DNA of 64,000 nt from a virus. The notes below the pieces were generated by a model. The model was not told the DNA's origin. It worked only from the letters and a program-made list of their open reading frames with translations, and searched no databases. Position 1 is the stretch's first letter. The number at the start of each line of letters is the position of its first letter. Positions 40,221-50,200 of the stretch are shown here, piece after piece. A program made the translations under genes and the position numbers. The stretch lies in the IMG/VR virus record IMGVR_UViG_3300012953_000013, positions 120,867 to 184,866 of that record. One strand, written 5' to 3'.

Positions 40221-40754
40221 TTATTGTACAAGTCCAGCCCTAGCAATAACATATGCATCGGCCATATCGTATACATAGTCTTCTAGAACTACTTGGCCTT
40301 TTCTTGGTCCTCTAGTCATGACTCTAGTTGGCCATTCGTGAATAATCTCTCCATTGACCCAGGATAATACTTGCTCTTTAGTAGACAAATCAGACTTGCG
40401 ATCAATCTTTATTCCAAGGGATTTTCTGGCAGCGTTAACATTTAGAAACTCAGGGGTTATGCCAAAAATATCTTTCACCATAAAAGAAACAACACCGTTA
40501 AATCTCGCTAAAGACATCAGGGTTTTAGCCGAAGATAGTCCTCGACGGAAAGCCTGGAGATTTTCTTCGACATATACAATTTCAATTTCGTGATCTAAAA
40601 ATAAACTATGGAGAAAGTCTTTGACGCTCAAGGCTTTTTCCATCCAGTCAGCTCCCTTGGGCTTGAAATGGTAGAAAAAGCTTTTGTTTTTTAAAGTGTC
40701 ATTAACGTATATGCCAATGCAACTAGTTGAAATGTCTAATCCACAAATAATCAT
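40221..40754 (-). CDS. ruvC: RuvC-like Holliday junction resolvase
   Basis: GLDISTSCIG, VYVEE and DMADAYVIA match the catalytic acidic pattern. Confidence 0.8.
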   Translation of the reverse strand: MIICGLDISTSCIGIYVNDTLKNKSFFYHFKPKGADWMEKALSVKDFLHSLFLDHEIEIVYVEENLQAFRRGLSSAKTLMSLARFNGVVSFMVKDIFGITPEFLNVNAARKSLGIKIDRKSDLSTKEQVLSWVNGEIIHEWPTRVMTRGPRKGQVVLEDYVYDMADAYVIARAGLVQ

Positions 40755-40755
40755 C

Positions 40756-43230
40756 TTAATAATCTATTTTAATCCTAACCAGATATTTTTCACCAATTTT
40801 TTTAACAAGTGGTCTTGCAAGGTTGCTTCTGGTTATAACATTAAGATTATTATCATGGAGTTGGATGCTGTTAAATGCCACGAAATGACCGTCTGTGGTA
40901 TTTGCATAATCATCTGACTTACTTTTATCGTTAAAAGTGGGATTAGAAGAAGACGTAAATAAGTTGGGAGACAGAATCACGTTAACTTCGTAAGTATGAA
41001 CATTATGCTCACCCTTAAAATTAATCTCAAATTGATCTTGCCCGAATAACGGTATGTTTGGGGATTTTATAACCGCGATGCCTTCTTCGTATAAAATGTT
41101 TCCTACAGAATTCCATTTAGCTTGCGGAGAATTACAGTCAGCTCTAAAAAGATTCCCAAATCCGTCATCTTTTATCTTCATTCCAATAGCACCAGAAGAA
41201 CCAGTTAAAGCAGTGTCTTCTATAACAAAAGTGCCAGGAAGAATTCTGTTTCCATAAAATAGATTCGAAGCATCGAAAAAATAAAGCTCGTTAGAAGAAC
41301 TGTCTTGCGTTCTTTGGACTACAGTGAGCTGGAATGGATCTACTACTGCATCATCACCAGAAGTCATAAAATCTGGGTCGTAAGCTGATCCTCCTGCTAA
41401 TGCTTTTGCTAAATCACTTTCTTCTGCGTTTGGATCTCCTCTAAGTTTTAGGGCTTCAACGCTACTAGTTGCAACGAGATTTCTCAAAGTTACTAGTGAG
41501 TAGTCTAAAAATCCTCTATCATCTATAAATTGGTCAGTTGGAGTTCCAGATCTCCACTGAGGCCTATTAGTTACATTACCACTTGCTAGGAGATTAAAAT
41601 TTGGTTCGAATTTTCCATTATCGCATGGAAGTAAAAATAACTGTCTGTTTCTAAAATAGTTACTATAGTTTCCGCGATCCCAATTAATTTGGTTTGCGGT
41701 AGCCCATAAAGTATCTGCTGTCACGACTGATGCTGTTAAGCAATAATGCCGCGGATAAATTCCAGTAGCAAAATCTCTAGTAAAGTTTTCTATATTGAGG
41801 TCATGTCCTCCAACCCCAAACGATAAGTCTATATTAAAAGGCTCAGACGAAGCTGTCATTTTAGTAAAATAAGGTGTAGTTAATAAACTTCTGTAAGGGC
41901 TCTCTTTTACATAAAAAGGAGGTAGGTAAAACAATAGGCTATTAAAGTTTGAGGGCCCTGAGCTTAAATCTGATTCTCTCTCTTGAGGGGTTAAATATTT
42001 ATTGTATATTCTAATTTCGTGGACATCAGCATTGGGTTTGTGATACAAAGACAGCGGATCAGCAATTTCAAAATTTCCGCTTTCATCTGGAATTCCCTCA
42101 GCAGTAGAACACCCTGCATTAAAGAATCTTTTCATCTCTGGAATAATGTTATCATCATTAGGAGCATCATAATAATTTCCAACTACTAGCGGAATAAAAT
42201 CTTCTAAATGTGAAGAATTCAAACTAGCGGTCATCAAATTCATTTTAATTTCTGAATCTGGATCATTATCTATCCACATGGAGCCGGTACCATAATTGTG
42301 GTTTTGATCCCAACTAATAGTTACTTGATGCCATGAATTTAGTTTTAGTGAATTATCTTCAGACAAAAATATAAATTCTTCTGGGCTTGATCTCTTGTTA
42401 TTTCTTATTGTTGTATCTACTCTAGACGGTGCAACGTCAGCGCTGTGAGACAACTGGCACATTATTCTAAAAGCTTCTGGGTTTCCATAATCGTCTTTTT
42501 CTGAGCCAGATACCAAAGAAATAGCAAAAGAAGAAGAAGAATGTAAAATAGTTCCAGCATGATACTCTGCTCTGTCTGCCGTAGTTGTTCTTCTTGGGTT
42601 GACCCAAAATGAAACAGTGAAACTAGAGGTACAAATATATTGGTTGGTTGTCATTCCAGGCGCTGGAGCTGGATAAAGAAGACAAGAATTTTCTGGTATA
42701 TTAGATGCTGTAAAAAAAGTTAAGCAATTATAGTTTGTATAAGCCCAATCTAACTGAGAATACCTGCTTGAATAAAAATCAAATAAAATGTCTTTAACGA
42801 CATTTTTTCTTAAAGTATTGCTAGTAAAGCTAAAAGAAGGCTTAAATCTCCATATCTCCATAAACTTATTAAGTTCGGGAGACTGCTTTTGAGAATTAAC
42901 TTTTTGAAGATATTTTTCGTAAGCACCACTTCTATCTTTCGCTTCTTCAAAAATTGGAGGGTTTTCTTCAACTAAATCTCTCCACGTATTTTCATATGAA
43001 TTAGCTAAAAACACCTTTTCTTCGCCGCCAAAACCCTCATTGTCTTTAGGGTTTGGCTTGACAGAAAAAGGGCTAGACTCTATTCTTTGTCTATTGAACG
43101 GTGATCTATTAGCATATACGTAAACTGAACCTGTTATCCCTGAATGAGAAGAAGAAGAGAATGTTCTCTTAGGATGCAGCTCCAGTGTTACTGTATCTAT
43201 ATGATCTTTGGTGATTGGAATAATTGCCAT
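40756..43230 (-). CDS. 824-aa structural protein with a LamG/concanavalin-like region, probably baseplate
   Basis: FTVSFWVNP...GTIL, WHQVTISWD and VHEIRIYNKYL are LamG-like. The C-terminus resembles that of the 438-aa neighbour. Confidence 0.55.
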   Translation of the reverse strand: MAIIPITKDHIDTVTLELHPKRTFSSSSHSGITGSVYVYANRSPFNRQRIESSPFSVKPNPKDNEGFGGEEKVFLANSYENTWRDLVEENPPIFEEAKDRSGAYEKYLQKVNSQKQSPELNKFMEIWRFKPSFSFTSNTLRKNVVKDILFDFYSSRYSQLDWAYTNYNCLTFFTASNIPENSCLLYPAPAPGMTTNQYICTSSFTVSFWVNPRRTTTADRAEYHAGTILHSSSSFAISLVSGSEKDDYGNPEAFRIMCQLSHSADVAPSRVDTTIRNNKRSSPEEFIFLSEDNSLKLNSWHQVTISWDQNHNYGTGSMWIDNDPDSEIKMNLMTASLNSSHLEDFIPLVVGNYYDAPNDDNIIPEMKRFFNAGCSTAEGIPDESGNFEIADPLSLYHKPNADVHEIRIYNKYLTPQERESDLSSGPSNFNSLLFYLPPFYVKESPYRSLLTTPYFTKMTASSEPFNIDLSFGVGGHDLNIENFTRDFATGIYPRHYCLTASVVTADTLWATANQINWDRGNYSNYFRNRQLFLLPCDNGKFEPNFNLLASGNVTNRPQWRSGTPTDQFIDDRGFLDYSLVTLRNLVATSSVEALKLRGDPNAEESDLAKALAGGSAYDPDFMTSGDDAVVDPFQLTVVQRTQDSSSNELYFFDASNLFYGNRILPGTFVIEDTALTGSSGAIGMKIKDDGFGNLFRADCNSPQAKWNSVGNILYEEGIAVIKSPNIPLFGQDQFEINFKGEHNVHTYEVNVILSPNLFTSSSNPTFNDKSKSDDYANTTDGHFVAFNSIQLHDNNLNVITRSNLARPLVKKIGEKYLVRIKIDY

Positions 43231-43247
43231 TTATAACACAGTACATT

Positions 43248-44564
43248 TTAAAAATCAAGTCTAATTCTAATAGAGAGATCTCTTTCATCATTTTTTTCAA
43301 CCGGTCTAGATAATTTAGCTACAGCCAACAAATCATTATTTTCATTATAAAGACCAACAGTGGTCACAAATGCAAAAGTTCTAGCATTAGTTTCTCCTGG
43401 CGGAATAACTACGATGTTTCCATTACTATCCCTAAAAGTAGGATTAGAAGAGTAGTTAAACTCGTCTGAAGATGCCCTACAGAAATAAAGGCTTGAATTG
43501 ATATTTGTTACATTTTGGAATGTAGACGCTGTTTGAGATCCACTACTAAATCTGCAAGAAGCCAAATAATCAACAATATCATCAACTGAAGCAGACACAA
43601 ATAAATCTGGAATCAATTTGGCCTGAGGGTTGTCGCAACCTGAATCTGAACCTAAAATAGCTTGTCCTGCTCCAGCATCCCAATAAGACCCATTGGACAT
43701 AGCTCCAATTACCCCTGAAACGTGCTGGTCATGCATAAAACATTTTGCAGCGTCTAAAACAACTATTCCCTGATCATACCAGATTAATCCTAAGAATTGG
43801 TCTGTTTTTGCAGTATTTTTTATATAGCCAACATCACCGCCATAAAACTTTAATTGATTAGCAGAAGATCCAACATCTGCAACGATTATGGATCCAGAAG
43901 GAGATGTTCTATCTAAATTAGAACCAGTATATCCATTTTCTACGTCGATTTCAGTATACCAGTTGGGAAGTTCGGCATCAGTATAAGATCCATCAAAAAC
44001 CCCAGTAGAAAATAGCCGCATTGCAAAAGTTTCTCTCTTTATTTCATCTCTTGCAAAAAGTCGTTTAAAGTTAATAAAGATAGCTTCTTCAATTTTTGAA
44101 CCAGAGGCTCCATTCTCTAAAATACTATGCCCATTAGGAATATTTCCATCGTATGCATTAACACCTGGAGCATAAAAAGAAGCTGTAGCATTACCCAGTA
44201 ATAATTGAGCGTACTGCTTATAAGTGTCTATCTTTTCTCTCATCATTACAGATGAAGAAGGGAATAGCATTTTTTTACTAGAATCTTCTCCAGTCGTACA
44301 CTGTAAAACAGTCTGGCTACCAGAATTTAAACCAATTGTCATATCTAATACAGCGTTAGCTGTCTGAAGAGAGAAATCTTGGTCATACACTGTTTGGAAA
44401 AGGGAGCTAGTTATTCCGGGCCCAATTCCTCCTGTAACGTAAACCTGATATTTCTTTCTTGTTGCTGACCCAGATATATCTTCTTGAATGACATCAACAA
44501 GCTGGTTTAAAACGCTAGTGGTCTGCGAGATATCTGAATCTGTAATAGTTTTAAAACTTCCCAT
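43248..44564 (-). CDS. 438-aa structural protein (baseplate / tail-collar-like C-terminus)
   Basis: C-terminal FNYSSNPTF...FVTTVGLYNENNDLLAVAKLSRPVEK. Confidence 0.55.
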   Translation of the reverse strand: MGSFKTITDSDISQTTSVLNQLVDVIQEDISGSATRKKYQVYVTGGIGPGITSSLFQTVYDQDFSLQTANAVLDMTIGLNSGSQTVLQCTTGEDSSKKMLFPSSSVMMREKIDTYKQYAQLLLGNATASFYAPGVNAYDGNIPNGHSILENGASGSKIEEAIFINFKRLFARDEIKRETFAMRLFSTGVFDGSYTDAELPNWYTEIDVENGYTGSNLDRTSPSGSIIVADVGSSANQLKFYGGDVGYIKNTAKTDQFLGLIWYDQGIVVLDAAKCFMHDQHVSGVIGAMSNGSYWDAGAGQAILGSDSGCDNPQAKLIPDLFVSASVDDIVDYLASCRFSSGSQTASTFQNVTNINSSLYFCRASSDEFNYSSNPTFRDSNGNIVVIPPGETNARTFAFVTTVGLYNENNDLLAVAKLSRPVEKNDERDLSIRIRLDF

Positions 44565-44580
44565 TTAACTCTCTCTTAAC

Positions 44581-45291
44581 TTATTTTTGAATTTCAAACT
44601 CGGTGGTTACTGATGCTCCGCTGGCACGTCCAGAAATAGTAACTTGAGTTTTAATCACCGGACTTGATCCGCCTGTAGAATATATGTTATAAAAATCATC
44701 GCTAAAAGACTTAACGGATATTGTCAAATTAACTTTACCACCCTGCGTAGATGTCAAACTATCAGAAGCAATTGTTACTGTAGCCACATTGTTCGACACT
44801 GATTTTGTACTTGTTCCGCCGCCGTTTTGTCTTGAGACATTCAGGAATCTATTATCCCATTGCACCACGAATGCACTATCAACTAAATCAGTAGGTACTG
44901 CACCGACGCCGGCAGCTACTGCTTGCTCTACTGTTATATTTTGGGTTATCCCAGAAGCACTACCTCGGGAAAACGTACCCCCTAAGGTAAAATTTGTAAT
45001 TGAAAGTGTTGGTAAAACGATTAGGTCTGGAACGCTAACGCTAAGCAGCCTATATTTTAGGGCTAAATCACCGTTTGTTTGTGCTTCAAAAACCGGGGTA
45101 TTTTTAGAGATTTTTTCTTTCCCTACAGTAGTTCCAAATTTTTGAATGATAGAATAATCAACTTCGTCATCTCCAAAAGCAAATTTTGAAATGACAAAAC
45201 TACCATCATTCTTAGCCAAGGTCGCTCTTCCCGTGTCAGTCAATACAGCATCAACTATAATATTGTTTGTAGAATGATCTAAAAATCCCAT
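44581..45291 (-). CDS. 236-aa structural protein (tail-collar-like N-terminus)
   Basis: IVDAVLTDTGRATLA...ISKFAFGDDEVDY; GAGGA RBS and ATATTTA motif upstream. Confidence 0.55.
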   Translation of the reverse strand: MGFLDHSTNNIIVDAVLTDTGRATLAKNDGSFVISKFAFGDDEVDYSIIQKFGTTVGKEKISKNTPVFEAQTNGDLALKYRLLSVSVPDLIVLPTLSITNFTLGGTFSRGSASGITQNITVEQAVAAGVGAVPTDLVDSAFVVQWDNRFLNVSRQNGGGTSTKSVSNNVATVTIASDSLTSTQGGKVNLTISVKSFSDDFYNIYSTGGSSPVIKTQVTISGRASGASVTTEFEIQK

Positions 45292-45308
45292 GTTTTATTC
45301 CTCTTCAC

Positions 45309-45315
45309 TAAATAT
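45309..45315 (-). promoter_or_regulatory. Putative late-promoter motif ATANTTA upstream of the 236-aa gene
   Basis: ATATTTA just 5' of the GAGGA RBS; a second copy lies at 45372-45378. Confidence 0.55.
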
Positions 45316-45415
45316 AGCAAATTTCTCGTTTTGATAAAAAATTCAGCACTCAAAAGGTTGCTTATCCCATTTAATTATACCTGCAAATCGTCTTTCATAA
45401 AACTTATATCCCAGA

Positions 45416-47293
45416 TTAATCACCAGGCAAGAGATCATCTATGTCATCATTAAGATCTGGAGATCTTGTTAGGTATATGTTTAGCTTTTGATCTAGCTGT
45501 CTATCTAAATTTATTATCTGCATTTTATACATAGGCTCTGGTCTTCCCGTATGAGCCCCACTGCTAGTTTCAATAAAATTTTCTCTAATTCTAGTAGTTA
45601 TTATCTCTTCAGCGCCGCCGCCAGTTTTTATTATTGGCCCATTTAAAACCAAGCACTCCGGATCAAAATAAACTTTTAATTTAGAATGACCGCTATCTTT
45701 TATGCAATCTACAATTAGAGTTTCCTTTAAAGTAAAGTTTGGATATGGCTTTGGAGCACCAGCCCACCCGACTAAAACTGTATTCATTTTACCTTCAATT
45801 CTATTATAGCTCACTTTAAATTGAGTTGAGTATGGAGAGCTCAAGTCATGAGCATCAACAGAGCAAATTGTATAATAATACTCTCGATCAAACTCGAACT
45901 CAGGATCTTCATAGTGAACTGTAGTCCAATCTTTTTTCATATTGGTGAAAGTAGGAACTATTTCTGATCTTGTTGTCAAAATTTCACTATCGTCAAAGTC
46001 TATTTCAGAAATTAAAGTATACGCTTCATCTAAGCGATCTCTTCTAAATATTTGAAATCTTTTAATATCTTCTGGTGGATTGTGTGGCATATCCCAAAAC
46101 ATTAAAAGATTCTGTTCAGAAGAAAGAAAAAACTGAATGTTGTCTGGAGGCGGTGGCGGAGTAGTTTCGTTACAAGAAACTTCTATAAAGGGAGACCCTC
46201 TAGAAGAAACCAAGTGTGTTAATAACAAAACGTTTCCATGAGTGTATCCCGGAGCTAGAGAGTTCAAAAAGAAAACTGTTTTAATAGTATATTTGTAGGT
46301 TTTTCCATATATGACTTGCGTGTCTTGGTATCTTGTTTGGGTTTTTGAAACTATTGGAATAGTTTTTTCAAAAGTGTAACTTCCGTCTGATTCAACGCAA
46401 TATCTTTCTATTAAATACCCGCACAGTTGGACTGATGGTGGATAAGAACCCTCTACTAAACTTTGCGGCTCTGATAGTGGATCTACTGCATATTCAAAAT
46501 CTGTTATATAGGCTTTGTTAGAATCCAAAGTAGAAACCGCTTCTATTTGAATCCTGTCAGCATCTGTCAATATATTATCTACAGTACCCCAAAGTGGGCT
46601 GAACGGCGTGTTTTCTGAAGTGGTCAATATATCATGAACAAATTTCTTATTATAAAATCCGCCAACAGCATATTCAGATATTCCGCCTTGCTTTTGGACT
46701 GATAGATCTTCTCCTGTGGCTGGATCATAATATGTTAAATTTGACAGGGACTCTATATCAGTAGAGTCTAAAATATCTGAAGCATTGATTTTATTTGAAG
46801 TTATAGAATTAAATTTTAGAGCCGCTTCTAATGGGCTTAAGTTTCGATCTTTAGCTTTTTGATGAAGCAATGTAGCATCAATTTCAGCCTGAAGAGACTC
46901 TGCAATTGAGTCGTCTTGAACTGCAATAAACGATGTCCTTTCCGATTGAGCGTCAACTTCGCTTAGTATTTTATGAGATTCATTTAATAGAACATCAATT
47001 TTTTGTTGTTTAGAAAATTTTGGAAATAGAGACTCTTCTAAATTAGAAATATTTTCTAAGGCTGTAAACTCTAAAATAATTTCTCTTGCTGGAATTCCCG
47101 GCTTTGCATTTTCAGGAAGAAAATCACTTCTCGGAGTATGCCTTTTAACTGCATGTATATCAGAGTATGCATTGTTAGAAACTCTTTCATTTTTAACAAA
47201 ATAATTGTATTTAAAGATCCCATCAAAGTTTTGAGGTTCTGGTACATCAAACGCAAAAGTAGTATACGAAGGAGCTGACTTTTTAACACTCAT
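45416..47293 (-). CDS. 625-aa protein with fibronectin-III-like beta-sandwich segments
   Basis: PPPPDNIQF...LMFWDMP...IKRFQIFRR...YYYTICSVDAHDLSS; also YKYTIKTV. ATGA overlap with the upstream gene. Confidence 0.55.
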   Translation of the reverse strand: MSVKKSAPSYTTFAFDVPEPQNFDGIFKYNYFVKNERVSNNAYSDIHAVKRHTPRSDFLPENAKPGIPAREIILEFTALENISNLEESLFPKFSKQQKIDVLLNESHKILSEVDAQSERTSFIAVQDDSIAESLQAEIDATLLHQKAKDRNLSPLEAALKFNSITSNKINASDILDSTDIESLSNLTYYDPATGEDLSVQKQGGISEYAVGGFYNKKFVHDILTTSENTPFSPLWGTVDNILTDADRIQIEAVSTLDSNKAYITDFEYAVDPLSEPQSLVEGSYPPSVQLCGYLIERYCVESDGSYTFEKTIPIVSKTQTRYQDTQVIYGKTYKYTIKTVFFLNSLAPGYTHGNVLLLTHLVSSRGSPFIEVSCNETTPPPPPDNIQFFLSSEQNLLMFWDMPHNPPEDIKRFQIFRRDRLDEAYTLISEIDFDDSEILTTRSEIVPTFTNMKKDWTTVHYEDPEFEFDREYYYTICSVDAHDLSSPYSTQFKVSYNRIEGKMNTVLVGWAGAPKPYPNFTLKETLIVDCIKDSGHSKLKVYFDPECLVLNGPIIKTGGGAEEIITTRIRENFIETSSGAHTGRPEPMYKMQIINLDRQLDQKLNIYLTRSPDLNDDIDDLLPGD

Positions 47294-50200
47294 CTATCTC
47301 TCTCCTCGTTCGTAGTTGTTATCATAACATTATTTGGGTCTGTTTCACTTAACGTAACCCCATAAGGAGCTGTTTCATTAACCCCACGAACAATTGTGAA
47401 CATCAAAGATCCAAACGACATACTACCTTCATCTGCTCTAGTATTAATTCTCATTTTAACTGGCTGTAAACCCTCTATTGTTGGATCATCTTCTGTAATT
47501 AAAAATTCTCCAGAATTAATTAAAGACTGCTGATAACCCTCATAAATGTTTTTGCAATTCTGGGTTATGCTGGTTTTAATAGCGCCAGCCTCTATTTGAT
47601 TTTTATACAAATCCCAACTAGCAATTTGAAACTCGTCTGGATCTACTAAAATATATAAGACTCTATCAAAATATTTAGCACCAAGTATTTTATCTCTCAT
47701 CGATTCAGCGCTAAAAAGCCTTGAAGAAGCAGCATTTGTAAAAGATTCAAAAAGTGAAGACTCTACTTCTGTAAATTCGCCTGAAGCAATTTCAGACGAA
47801 AACGTAGAAACCATGTTGCTATAACTAGAAACTGAAGCATTTTTTGAAGCATTTGTGCTCAAAGTATTATAAGTTAAAGCCTCAATATCTTCTAAGGGCA
47901 TAAAAAGACTCTCTATTTTTGTACTATCTAAACCAGACTCTAAATCTGTATAAATAGAGCCTAGAGCTGAGGCGAAATCTATCGCATATTCATTTATTGG
48001 AATTTCAAGACCAGATTTTGCTGTACAAAAATCGTCTTCACTCATGCCAAGCCCAACTACTAATTTATAGTATTTTTCTAGTAAGTAAGAAGCTAGTGTA
48101 TTTGAATATATGTCGTAAAAATCTTCATTAGCACTATCTAGAGTTGTTAATTCACTCAATTTTTCTTTTTGCGCGTAATCTGCTTTAAAAACAGGGTCTG
48201 ATTCTCCAGGAGAACCCTCGATAGTTAAAAACCTATACCTTGTGAAACTTGTAGCCCTGACCAAATCTTCCCAATCATTAATCGCGACGCCCTCTAACAT
48301 AAGTTTTCCAGTGGTTGAGTCTATTGTCAACTCGTCGAAAGCATCTGGCTGTACATAAAGCTCATAATCAAATCTAAATAATTTTGGAATGATTGAAAAA
48401 ATCGGATAATCCGGTAAATTAGCTGAGACTCTCATGCCAAACAGAGGTGAATCTTTTCCAGAAATTGACATGCTGGAATTAATCTCTGTATTGTTTGGCC
48501 CCGAATAAGTAGCATTTTCATCGTATATAGTAGAGAAAAGGGTGGCCGGAATTCCAACAACAGAAGTTTTTATATTTGCGCCTTCAACATCGAATAATGA
48601 AGATACTTGCATCATTAACTCTAGCGCTTTAAGCTGCTTAGGGGTTATTATTTCAGAATGAGAAACATACCCATTACTCTCATCGCCTTTTTGTCTATTT
48701 AGGGCAGCAGTTTTTAAGTTTAATTGTTCTGGAGTGAGATTTCCTAAAACATCATTACCTGCTTGAGTTTGGCCGAGTTCTTCTAAAAGAATCTCTAGAG
48801 AACTTTGTTCAGAATCACTTTCTGTAGTTAATCCATCTACTGCTGTCTCAGCGTAAGTAGATATTCTTTCTGAGTATTTTCTTAAAATATCAAGACCAAC
48901 ACCAAGTCGAATGTCTTCATATTCAGCATTTAATAGCTGTTTAGCTAAAACCATCATTGATTTACTTAATTGCACACCACCAAATTGAGTATCATCTAGC
49001 CACCAAGAAGAAGATTGGTCAAAAATTGAGTCCATAACGCCAGCTTGTTCTGCAACAGATATAGAACTTATTGACTTGCTTAAAAGCTCTGTAATTGGAG
49101 AATCTGATGCGTCACCAGCTAAATTGTGAATAAGCCAAATTGGCCATGGAAGAAGTTTCCAAGATTGAGCTATGTCTGATGCTGCTAAAGTAGCAAAATA
49201 ACCGTCTATTAATTCTAAAAACTGCATTGTGTGTTCTGAAGATAGACCCGATGGATCTTCTCCTATTTGCTCGGCTATAACATTAAATTGGTCTCCCATG
49301 CCTTCAAACATATCTCTTAGTTCGTTTTCTAGTCCTTCTGCGTTGTCTGGAAATATTTTGCCATCAATCGAAGACCCAGCCATCCCCATAAATAAAATAA
49401 CAACATAAATGAGTGCTGTCAAAATATCATCACCCGGATCGTCTTCTGTTTTTGCAGCGTTTTCAAATGCGGCGGCCCATTGATCTAGTATCAAGTTTAA
49501 TTTATCTTCTGGTGTTAAAGCACTAGATGTTAATCTATCTAACAATTGAGATGGGGTTGCAGCAGAGTTATTAATGTCGTCGCTAACATTTACCATTGCC
49601 CCCCAGTCACCAAGGCCCATTGTTGATTGCATATTGCCAAAAAGATATACACCGTATGAATAAAACCATCCCAGTGAAGTGTCGTGGTGATGATAAGTGC
49701 CAAATGCGGCGGCCCCATAGTTATCAGTAGATATTCCGGTGTCTCCATACAGGGCTTGCGCCGTGGAGTTTGTAAATTCTAAAAACATCGCCGAATTATC
49801 TGTGAGGCCTGCTCCAGTAAAATTACGAACGCCGCCGATTAAAGCTTCTTTGTTTTTTCCAAACTGGGGTATCTGAAGTTCGTTAGTGTAGTGAGCTGGC
49901 CTATCAAGAGAAAGTAGCGTTGGAACTCCTTGCACAGATGGATTAACACTTTTTGTTAATGTACAATTCATATCTTTTAGTGGGTTACTAGAGTTCATAG
50001 CATCAATGACTCCACCTAATATGCTAGATATTGGAGCTCCAGAAAAAAGCATTTTTTTATCTTCACTTCTAGTCATGTTGCCAACCATAGCGTTTAAAAC
50101 TGGAACCCAATATCCTGTATTGATAGAAGTAAAAGATCCAAAACCAGCGATGAAATCCATATTTCCAGATGCATATAACGAATTTAGAGTAAATATTTGT

